From the NCBI GenBank assembly GCA_000388065.2, contig KB932202.1: a stretch of DNA of 34,662 bases; one strand, 5' to 3'. The notes below the pieces were generated by a model. It was not told the origin of the DNA and searched no databases. It worked only from the letters and a program-made list of their open reading frames with translations. The position numbers and the translations under genes were made by a program. This document shows, one piece after another, positions 22,576 through 33,254 of the stretch. The DNA comes from Fonticula alba ATCC 38817. Taxonomy: Eukaryota > Protista > Nucleariida. Within the stretch, counting starts at the first letter, position 1; each line of letters starts with the position of its first letter.

Positions 22576-24134
22576 CGTGCAATCGATCGCAGAGCGGGAA
22601 GAGAAGGGGGGGGNNNNNNNNNNNNNNNNNNNNNNNNNNNNNNNNNNNNNNNNNNNNNNNNNNNNNNNNNNNNNNNNNNNNNNNNNNNNNNNNNNNNNNN
22701 NNNNNNNNNNNNNNNNNNNNNNNNNNNNNNNNNNNNNNNNNNNNNNNNNNNNNNNNNNNNNNNNNNNNNNNNNNNNNNNNNNNNNNNNNNNNNNNNNNNN
22801 NNNNNNNNNNNNNNNNNNNNNNNNNNNNNNNNNNNNNNNNNNNNNNNNNNNNNNNNNNNNNNNNNNNNNNNNNNNNNNNNNNNNNNNNNNNNNNNNNNNN
22901 NNNNNNNNNNNNNNNNNNNNNNNNNNNNNNNNNNNNNNNNNNNNNNNNNNNNNNNNNNNNNNNNNNNNNNNNNNNNNNNNNNNNNNNNNNNNNNNNNNNN
23001 NNNNNNNNNNNNNNNNNNNNNNNNNNNNNNNNNNNNNNNNNNNNNNNNNNNNNNNNNNNNNNNNNNNNNNNNNNNNNNNNNNNNNNNNNNNNNNNNNNNN
23101 NNNNNNNNNNNNNNNNNNNNNNNNNNNNNNNNNNNNNNNNNNNNNNNNNNNNNNNNNNNNNNNNNNNNNNNNNNNNNNNNNNNNNNNNNNNNNNNNNNNN
23201 NNNNNNNNNNNNNNNNNNNNNNNNNNNNNNNNNNNNNNNNNNNNNNNNNNNNNNNNNNNNNNNNNNNNNNNNNNNNNNNNNNNNNNNNNNNNNNNNNNNN
23301 NNNNNNNNNNNNNNNNNNNNNNNNNNNNNNNNNNNNNNNNNNNNNNNNNNNNNNNNNNNNNNNNNNNNNNNNNNNNNNNNNNNNNNNNNNNNNNNNNNNN
23401 NNNNNNNNNNNNNNNNNNNNNNNCCCCCCGCCCCCCTCCCCGAACACACAGATGCGCAGTGAGAGGCATATCCCCGGCGACAGGCTACCCTACTCCTTTC
23501 CCCATGCCGAGCCGCGTGTGTCCGGCTCGTTCTCCGCCGATGATCGGCCCCGCTTAACACACGGCGTGGGCCCAGGAGACAAGCGTGGGCGAGCTGCTTG
23601 CACACATATCCATACGCTCGCATAGACGCAGATTGCACACCGGCCAACCGTTCTGCCGCAACTGGTGATGGAGAGGCAGCGGGCACAGGCAGCCGCCCAG
23701 CATGCATACCGGCGCACGCACACACGCACACACGGCTGGCCGTTCCCTGTGAAAGGCCTTCGCCGAAACACAGAGGGAACCCTGATGCGGCTGGCCGGGT
23801 CGATCCGCGCCCCGCTTCCCCACCCCCCCCCTCTTGAAGGGGCGCAGGAACACCAGGGCGCCATGTCAGGGTTTTTCTCCAGGAGCCAACGCTCCAAGAC
23901 GGAGAGTTGGCACACCCCTGTCGCCAGTGCACGTGTGTAGCCATATCGCCTGACCGGGCTGCCGGATCCCCAGCAATCTTCGGCCACCACCGCCCCCCCC
24001 CCCGCCCCGATGCAGGCCGAGGCACGCGGCAGACAAACCAGCCCCCTGCAGGCCGAGGTGAAGGAAGGTGAAATATGTCTATGGGGGAGTTGTGCACGGC
24101 TGCAGCCGCCAGGGCTGTGCATGCGGCGGCGCGG

Positions 24135-25068
24135 TCAGACCGGCGAGTGCATGCCCAGACGAGTCCAGAAGTGGAGCTGGGCACGCTTTTGCGCGCGCGT
24201 CGCATCCCGGCGCTCCGAGCGTTTGGTCCACTCCGGCATCAGCAAGGCAAGGGGAGTGAGGACCAGGGGAACCGCCACGGCGGCGATCAGGTTGAATCGC
24301 CCATACAACACGGCCAGGGACAGTTCGGCCTGGAGCTGGCCCGGGGCGAAGATCGCCGGGAAGAGCAGCCCAATGGCACTCAGGAGGATACTATCGATGC
24401 GGGGGGCCGGGAAAAAAAAGAGGAAAAGAAAGAGAAACCAGCGGGTGAGTGTGTGCCCGAAAAGGGGGGGGGGGGGGGGAAACGGCCGGGAAAGGGAAGA
24501 TGACAGGCCGAGGGCAAACCGGGGGCCCTGCACGCACCCCACCAGGCTGGTGATCGCCCACCAACGCGTGCGACCAGAACCCGGCGAACCAAAGATCGAC
24601 TTCCAGGGATGGCGCAGAGCCAAGCTGCTCAGAGCAAACAAGTAGACAAAGGCCACCAGGGCGCATTGCTGCGCAGCCCATACTCGCCAAGGGATGCCCG
24701 AGGGGAATTGCGCCCCGGAGGACGAGTCCCCCGGGATGGCCAACGTGTCAGACCACACCGCCCGCACGACCGACCGAATGTCATACAAGGGAGTGATGTC
24801 CAGGAAGGCGGCAAGGGCCAGGTAGAAGGTGAACGGAACGGCCACCACCGCCGGGGCCAGACGCGAGAGGGCCAGCTTGACCAGCCGCGACAGCCGGCGA
24901 AGGGGACATGATGTGAAAACTATCACGGCCGGGATGGGGGGGCGACAGGAATGTTAGCCGCAGCTGCGAGAAGAGAGACTGCGATGGATGCGGAAGGGAG
25001 GGGGGGGGAAACCAGGGGGAGGAGAAAAAATAACCCCATCCCATCAACCAGCGAATGGTCGTGATATG

Positions 25069-25099
<31 letters not shown>

Positions 25100-27643
25100 C
25101 GGGGAACTCATGGAGCAGGGACTTGCTCCAGTCGGTAGTCCAAGAGGCTGGGTCTCGGCGGAAGCTGGCAGCCAGCCCGGGGACCGGGGGCGAGTGTGCC
25201 GGGCTCCAGCCGGACCCGGCCGCCCGCGACCCGGCCCCCAGAGACAGGAACCCGAAGAGAGGAATCACCACGCAAGCGATCCACAGAAGGTGGCTCAGGC
25301 CAAAGGCCGGCGGCAGGCCAGCAAGCTCCGGCAGCAATGACGCCGATGCCGCAGCCCACGCACCAAGTAGACTGAGGATGGCCCCGGACCAGAGGACCGA
25401 GTGCAAGCGCCGAGCCGAGCGCAACACCGCGAGGACATCCAGCGGCGAGTGGGCCCGCGACATCGGCAACGTCACCGAGCAGGGAAGCGAGCTGATGATC
25501 GAAGAAATCGCATGCGGGTCGACATAGGGCAGTGGCAAATCCCCATGAAGAAGGGCAGAGGCCGGACCGAGCCCAGGCTCCTCATCATCGGACCCCTCGC
25601 CATGGCCCGATGCTCGGTCACCCTCGCGGCCGCCGACCGGCAGGAGCAGCGGATCACACGAGCCAACCGGGCCGCCAGTGGCCAGAGGCGAGGATGCATT
25701 GCTTGGAGCCGTGGCGCTGGCAGACCCCCCGGCCGGGCCCTCCTCGAGGTCCTCCTCCTCCTCATCCTCCTCCTCGAAGAGCTCCTCTTGATCTTCATCA
25801 AAGCTGGCCCCGGCGCCGGAGTCCGACCGACCGCCCCGACGCAGGGTGCCCAGGTGCCGGAGCTGCCAGCGCAGGAGCAAACTGGCCAGGGGGGTGGCAT
25901 CGAGGCCGATGGCCACATGCGCCTGGGCGAAGCCATCCAGGTTGGCCGAGCGCGCGGCCGCCCCGGCCGCACAAACTATGCGACCATTTTCCGCATAGAT
26001 GGAGATCATTTCCGATTGGACCCCAGGGCGGCCGAGTGCGATGGCCAGGCTGCGCGGTGCACGAATCCCCGAGCCAACCGACGAGGCGCGCGACCCGGCC
26101 AGCGATGTGGCCCGACTGGGGCGATTCCTACGGCCGGGGCCGTGGCGCATGGGACGCCGACCGGCAGCCGCGGCCGTGGCATCAGCCGCGGCCAAGGCCG
26201 CCGCCGCGGCCGACGAGGGCCCCGGCGCCCGAGTGGACATCTGCCGGGCCACCGCATGGGAAATCGGCGGCAGGGACCCCCGAGCTCGGGCAAAGATCTG
26301 CACCAAGAGTGGGACATCGTCCACCCGACGCAGATGTGGCCGGATGGCGGAGATCCCGCGCGGGAGCTGGGACTTCTCCAGGGCCATGGTGTCGTCCCCA
26401 TCCTCGACAAAGTTGAACAGGCCGTCCACCGTGCCGTCGGTGTTCATGTCGGCCATGGCCGCCGCGGTGCTCTCCAGCAGGGAGGGATCACTCGAGGGGG
26501 GCGACTGCTCCATGTGCTGGAGATGTGAGTGCAGCCCGCCGGCCGGTCTCGGGTCCGCCAGCGAAATGCAGCAGTTCCAGTCGGTCGGCAGCCCGAGGCG
26601 CACGGCGAAAGCTTTGGCCGCCCGGGCGCCGCGACCGCTCAGGAAAACCGCACGCACGCCGGCCGTAGACAGGGCATCGATCAGCGGGGGTGCATGCTGC
26701 CGCAAGATGGGAAGGCCAGGGCGGGAGCCAAGTCAGTGGGAGGGGCCAAGACCGATGTCGGGGGAGAGAGAGAGAGAGAGAGCGAGCGAGTGAGCGAGTG
26801 AGCGAGTGAGCGAGTGAGCGAGACAAAGGGATGGGAAAGGATGAAAAGAGGGAGCGCACAGGCCGGGCCACATCGCCGATGATTGAAAAGCCGCAGAAAA
26901 TCTGCCGGGCGAGGGCAGTTGAGATATTCGAGATGATCGGAGCCGGAGACCCATCCCCCGGCTGCGCGTCCCAGTCCGAAGCGCCGCCGCTCATGGCAGC
27001 CCAATCTCGAGTGTTGCTATGCACCCCGGCGCCATGGTCTTCGGACACGGTGGAAGGGGCGTGCATGTAGTCAATCTGCCGCATGCATGTCACAAGAGGG
27101 TGAGTATTCCACCGATTGAGGCTGGGACTTGGGGAAGAGAGAAGGCCAGAGGGCAGGATCGGGGAGGGGGAGGGAAGAAGGAGGGGAAATGCGCGAGGCC
27201 CAATGTCTTGACACACCTTCTCGGGCATGCGAACTGGCAGCACAATGGGCGGAAGGGCCTCGCCAGGCTTGCTGCTAAAGTGCACCCGCCCGCGGGACTT
27301 AGAGGACTCGGTTCGCAGGCCGATGATCGGCGATTTGGGCGAGATGATGAGAGGACGATAGGAGTACGCCACAACCAGACAGTCACGACCGCGCGCGTCG
27401 CGAACATACTCGCGCAGCTGCTTCAGGACCTGTGACCATCGGAGGGAAGATGATGTTAGGCGAGTGGCAGAAGGAAAAAGGGAAAAAAGAAAAGGAAGGT
27501 CACAAGGTCAAAGGAAGAGGAAGGCGGACCTCCTGGTTGAAGGGCACCACCTCGGTGCCATCCCAGTAATGCGTGCAATAGGACAGCACCAGCTCGGGCG
27601 TGCCCTCCGACAGGAGCTGATAGCCAGCTGGGAATAGGGCGAT

Positions 27644-27675
<32 letters not shown>

Positions 27676-27714
27676 CGGCCGGGAGGGGGGGGGGGGGGGC
27701 GGCGGGGGGGGGGG

Positions 27715-27751
<37 letters not shown>

Positions 27752-29432
27752 AGAGAGAGATGATGAAGAAGTAGGTGAGCGGGCGCACGGACAAAAGGAC
27801 ATGCCCATGTGGCTGCGAGTCGGGGAGGAGGAGCGAAGGACAGCAAGAGCAAGGGGGGGGAGGAAGATGCAGTCAGCGACCATGCAGGGACAAAGAAGGG
27901 GTGAGTGAGACGCGCGTACAGGAGCCCTCGGAGGGAGCCAAGATGGTGGAGACCATGGATGCCATGAAGGTGCCCACGCCGACGGCCAGCCCGGTGGCCG
28001 GGATCGACACCGGTGCCCGGCTGCCCGGTGCCCAGGGAACAGTGTAGATCGACCGGACCGGGGAGAAAGCGGACCGAACGTCATCCGCATTGAAGCCCAT
28101 CGTCTGGGCAATCGGCGCGAGGCTCACTTGTTGGGCGGGGAGTGGCCAAGGAGAGGGATGAAAGGGGCGGGCGGTGTCAGGGGAGCTGGGCCTTGCATGC
28201 CACAGTTGACCAGCACAAAGCCCCAAGGGATGGTGGCCGCATTCGGGGGGGGGGGGGGGGGGGGGGGAGAAGACGCACGCCGACGGGCCAGAGACAGGCG
28301 CCCGAAGGATGACAGCCACACACGCTGGAGGATGTGCAAGTCGGGGAAGGGCTTGCTGGAGGACTCGCCCGAGGGCGGGGAAGCTGTCCCGTCCTCGGCC
28401 GGGAAGGACATTCCCGGGGAGGGCAGCATGTCGGTGGCCAGGGCATGGAGGTTGGCCACGGAAAAGCACGAAGTCGGGCCACCAGTGAAGCGAGGAGGCT
28501 GGCGCGAGCCCTTTCGAACCGGGGAGCTTGCGTAGACATTGCCTGCAGGAAGAAGCCATGTAATGTCAGCAGACCGATGCATGGGAAGGACTTGCGACAA
28601 AGAGGGATGCCAGGGGGCGGAGGGACCAAAAGCGGCACGCACAGACGGAACAAAGGTCCTTGATCGGCAGTTCGGATGGGTCCCAGCCGACGCCGGAAGA
28701 CGCCCAGGCCACCGGGGCTACACATGTGCATGTATCCGCCGGGATGGAGGCGCCAGGCTCCGGATGGCCGGTGCGAGTGGAAAAGTACGTCTGGCAGACG
28801 CCACACAGTCGTCCATACGATGGGCAGCCGGGGGCATGGGAGGAGGCCCGATCCAGCTCCGAGAAGGGGTTGTTGTTCAGCAGGAAGTTGAAGCCCAGGG
28901 GCTTGAGGGATCTGTCATTTCGTAGGACAACCCGTTGGAGGGTGCAGAGAGAGAGAGAGAGGGGGGGGGCCGGAGGCAGAGGGAAGGGGGGTGAGAAGGC
29001 ATCTGGCCATTCAAAAGGATTGCCACATTGTCCTGAATGAGGAATGCCCGACATGCGGGAGGGCAAGAGAGAGGGGGCGAGGGAGCAATGCACGTGGGGA
29101 AAAAAAACGCACCCGAGGTATTGTTCCCAATTTGACAGGTCGAGGAAGAGACCGTGCACACTCTGTACACTGTAGGAGCAGGAGGCCGAGGCACTGTGAG
29201 AGGTGGGGCACTTGAGCGGTTCCAGGGTCCGGCCAATGGGAATTTGAACAAGTTCACCGCCGGGCGACACAAAAGACACTTCGAATGCTTGAGGAAGGGG
29301 CTAAATCGAGGGAGTGGCGAGCGTAGGGCAGGGCAGGGGGGAAAGGGCGGCAAACACCAGCTTAGTACGAGAGAGGGAGAGACAGGGCGAAAGAGAAAGA
29401 GAGAAAGAGTATGTGTGTGTGTGCGCGCGCGC

Positions 29433-29506
<74 letters not shown>

Positions 29507-32500
29507 GCGTGTGCTGGAAGGTACCTCCGACAGGAGCCCCTCTCGGCCCAGGGTGCAGAAGACATCCATGGTGGCCAGCGCGGTGACCGGACAGATGCCC
29601 ACCTCTTCGAGCATCCGCCGGGGCCGGCGCCGGCTTTCCGCCCGACGCCCGAGGCACAGGCTACCGAGGATCCCGCCGCCGGTGGCGGAGCTGGCACTGG
29701 AGCCGGAACGGGCAGACGAGTTGTCCCAGGTGGGGAAGTGCGGCAAGAAAGCCCGAGACATGAGCGCCGGGAAGAGGGTGCCAAAGCGCGTGAAGAAGAC
29801 CGGCTCGGCATCGCGGCCGGTCAATAGACCCCACCACACTCGAAGGATCTCGCTCAGGGGCACATCGACCTCGCTGTGGTCGGCAAAGGCCCGGCTGCTG
29901 CTGCTGCTGCTGCTGCTGCCGCCGGTGGCGGACTCGGGGGAGTCGCTTTGCTGGTAGTACAGCGGAACGGCGTTGCTCTTGTTCCCGGTGCCGGTGGCAA
30001 TCCAGCCCAGGTAGTCTCGGCTGTAGGTCCGTGGCGAAGAGAGCCCGGCCAGGCGGTCCAACAGCCGGGAGATCAGCGGTGCCGGCTGGGGAGAGCGTGC
30101 CCGGGCGCCTGGAATGTCGTGCTCCTCCGCCAGCAACTGACGTGCCCAATCCCGGTAGGGGTGGTGCGCGGTCAACACACGCCGGTGAAGAGCCCGCGTG
30201 CGGGCCACCAGCGATGCGGTGGCCGCCAGGTGTGATAGAGCCCGCGTGGCGGGGTTGATGGCAGCCGAGATCAGCAGCAGGCCGATCGCAATCGACGAGC
30301 AATGAACCATCTGTGCGGGCCAATGGAAGCGAGCGCTGTGTTTCCGAGTCAATTACGGGTCCAACCAGAACCAGGGCATGCTCTTTGGGCGAGGAGCCGA
30401 ACGGCCGCGATGGGGACAGAGAGGCAGAGCAAAGGATGGCACGCACTCGGGCAGGATCAGCACCAAGGCCACGCAGGCCGCGGTGGCCACCAGGAGGAAG
30501 AGGAAGGACCCGTGCACGGCCAGCGACAGCTCGAGCAAGGCAACTCGGACCGAAGGATGCCCGAGACTGGTGAGCTGGGCAGAAATGCCCCCATACCCCG
30601 GGGCCATGGAGGAAGAGGCGGGCTGGCTGTTCTTGGACAGGAGGTTGGTCCGGCCACGAGGTGACCCGGCAGTCATGGCTTCCGACCGGGGGAGCAACTG
30701 CCCGATGTTGGAATCCGCCACCAAATCCAGAGACCGTTGGAGCAGACGCCGGGCCGGGAGAGTCGGATCATCCAGGACCAAACCATAAACAAAGGCCGCG
30801 CCACTGGGAGCGCTGGCTGTCAGTTCGCCGGCCACCAAATGCCGTCGCGGGGGGGCTGCTGCCCGGACCGAGGGGGCTACCACGGCGGCCGCCGCCACCG
30901 AGGAGTAGGTGGCCCGCGTGGACCGGGGCCCGGGCCGGGAGCCAGTCGCGGCGATGGGCGGGCCACCCTCCTCGCCGGGAGCCGGGACAAGGCGCAAGTT
31001 GCAAGGGGCCGAGTCACCGGGTGCCAGACGAACCAAGTCCCCCGGGGCCAGGAGACTGAGGGGAACCTGGGCGACGGCACTGGGCCGAGCGGTGGTCGAG
31101 CGCCGGGACCCTTTGGCCGTGAAATACTCCGATCGATCGGATCGAAGAGATGGCCGAACCACTGCCACCGTCTCATGGAGGGCGATGTGCTCGGGCTGTT
31201 GATCGGAGATCCGAGGCGGGNNNNNNNNNNNNNNNNNNNNNNNNNNNNNNNNNNNNNNNNNNNNNNNNNNNNNNNNNNNNNNNNNNNNNNNNNNNNNNNN
31301 NNNNNNNNNNNNNNNNNNNNNNNNNGCAGCGGAGAGGGAGAGAGAGAGAGAGAGAGAAAGACAGAGGGAGGGAGGGAGGAACCGCCAGACCAAAGACGCA
31401 CCGCAATGTCCACCTTTTCTAGAGCAATCCCGCCGCGCAGGGTGGCCTCCATGCGAAGGACACGCACGAACTCGCTGGCCTTGCGGAAAGGCTCGCGCCA
31501 GCGCAGTCGTGTCCACCAAATGGCGGACGAAATCCACGCGGCGATGAGCACCAACACCAGGGCCACCTCGAAGAGGGGCACCCACGGAACCAGGGGACCA
31601 GTGGTGGCAGAGAAGCCGGCCGCCCCGCCGAGTCCCGCTTGCCAGGTGGAGGAGCGGTGCAGGTGGATCACCGCCGCAGGCAGGAGCAAGCACAGAACCA
31701 CGCACAGGGAGAAGATGACTGACGGGGTGCGAAGAAAGAAGAAGAGAAGCTCTGGCGAAGGGAAGCGCGGCAGGGGGCAACAGCAAGGTCAGCATGGTGA
31801 GAGGGCCAGAAATCCACGCGCGGGGGAAAGAGAATGAGGCAGGAGCGCACCGGACTTCTTGGGCGACCGGTCCAGATGCTTTTGCAAATCGGCCTCAAGC
31901 GTGGCGGCGAGTTTCCTGGATGAGGAGGAGGAGGAGGAGGAGAGCAGTGAGAAGGAAAGCCGGAGCGGGCTGGGAGGGGGGAAGGAAGAAAGACAGAGGA
32001 AAGGAGCTGATGCCTGCCAGCCCGAGGGGAGCACGTACATGGCAGCCTCGAAGCCGGAAATGCCCCCCTGCGGTGGGGCCTTGAGGAGGGGCGCCCTCTC
32101 GCAGCGGCCCAGCTCGTTCCAGTCAAGCGGCTCGCAAAGGGGCGACGGGCGGCGGTCGGATCGCCCGCGCGCATCATTGCGACTGGTGGTGGCGCTTGCG
32201 CGCACATCTGCATCATGCTCACGGCGGACATCATTTTCCACGAGGCGAATCTCCTGGAGAGCCTCATGGCCGTCGATGAGGTGGCCATCGTCGATGCGCA
32301 TGCGACCGGATGCTCGGGCGCGCCGACGCCCGGCGGATGGCTGCTCCGGTCGGCCTGCACCTCGGGAAGTGGGGGGACCCGCAGAAGGGGGTCTCGGGGA
32401 CCCGGGGGGGCGCTCGCGCCGCGAACTGGCAGCCAGGCTCCCGGACGAGGAGGAAGCCGAATTCGAAGAGGGAGGCGGGCGGGATTGGCTGCGGCGCGGC

Positions 32501-32670
32501 CGGCCCCCGGCCCCCGGCGGCGCAGACTCCGGCAGGGTGTCCATCCCGGCGGAGCTGTCCTGCTGTCCGGATAGCCCCCGCCGGTGAAGGGGGGCACGAT
32601 CAACCGATAGGACGGATACGCTCCGGGACCGAGGAGGACCCGGCGGGGGAGACTCCCCCGGCGCACTCAT
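24135..32670 (-). CDS. TMEM94: TMEM94/KIAA0195-like multipass protein with P-type ATPase-like fold, ~2114 aa. Exons 32670-32039, 31915-31851, 31751-31402, 31195-30447, 30335-29525, 29300-29113, 28911-28643, 28590-28279, 28126-27920, 27627-27530, 27429-27217, 27075-26860, 26696-25100, 24919-24538, 24390-24135
   Basis: Family-like blocks appear in order: VPLSLLAPGDLVRLAPG; LSNWEQYLGSLKPLGFNFLLN; LAPIAQTMGF; LLSEGTPELVLSYCTHYWDG; QIFCG; AFAVRLGLPTDWNCCISL; LPRGISAIRPHLRRVDDVPLLVQIF; C-terminal FWTRLGMHSPV*. The 15 exons sum to 6345 nt and are in frame. The start codon at 32670 is uncertain. Confidence 0.88.
26782..26822 (+). repeat. (GAGCGAGT)n octamer tandem repeat following (GA)n, in a TMEM94 intron
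   Basis: About four to five copies, read directly. Confidence 0.8.
27643..27748 (+). repeat. ~105-nt G homopolymer-rich tract (C-rich on the TMEM94 sense strand), strong G-quadruplex potential
   Basis: Several runs of 7 to more than 25 G, separated by single C or A or short linkers, inside intron 27919-27628. Confidence 0.85.
29409..29514 (+). repeat. (GT)n(GC)n(GT)n alternating purine-pyrimidine tract in a TMEM94 intron
   Basis: About 106 nt of unbroken alternation, read directly. Confidence 0.9.
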
Positions 32671-33254
32671 GCTCCTCAGCGGCCGGCACGCACCCAGCGG
32701 CCATCTAGCTCCCCGAGGCTCCGGGGTCGAGTCGGTGGAGAGGAAAAGGGGGGGAGAGGGAGAGACAGGCGAGGAGAGGAGAAAGAAGAGACAGAGGGCG
32801 AGAGAGCACGGGGGGGATAGCGGGGGGGGGNNNNNNNNNNNNNNNNNNNNNNNNNNNNNNNNNNNNNNNNNNNNNNNNNNNNNNNNNNNNNNNNNNNNNN
32901 NNNNNNNNNNNNNNNNNNNNNNNNNNNNNNNNNNNNNNNNNNNNNNNNNNNNNNNNNNNNNNNNNNNNNNNNNNNNNNNNNNNNNNNNNNNNNNNNNNNN
33001 NNNNNNNNNNNNNCCCGCCGCTCGACTCCCAACGAGACCCACAACCATGCCCAGGAGGGCCCCACATGAGAGAGACACTCGCCGCCGCCCGCCTTGCCGC
33101 CAGATTGGGGAATACACCCCGAGAGGGGGGCGGACAACATGTGTGCGGCCCCCTCCCCCCTGGGCTGGAGGGAGGCAAATCCGGCCTCACAAGGTGCCGG
33201 CGCACCGTGGCGCGAACGGGCGTCCATGTCGGCGCCATGGGTTGGCAGCTGATT

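Noticed and set aside
25401-26793. Plus-strand ORFs of 260-375 aa overlapping TMEM94 exon 13
   Set aside because: They are antisense shadows in very GC-rich coding DNA. The minus strand carries the conserved family motifs.
26782-26822. Short tandem repeats as CRISPR-like or telomeric arrays
   Set aside because: There are no spacers, cas genes or telomere-type units. These are ordinary eukaryotic microsatellites.
12475-33020. G/C homopolymers flanking most gaps as mobile-element termini
   Set aside because: They are better explained as sequencing dropout at long G/C runs. No terminal inverted repeats, target-site duplications or transposase/RT motifs were found.
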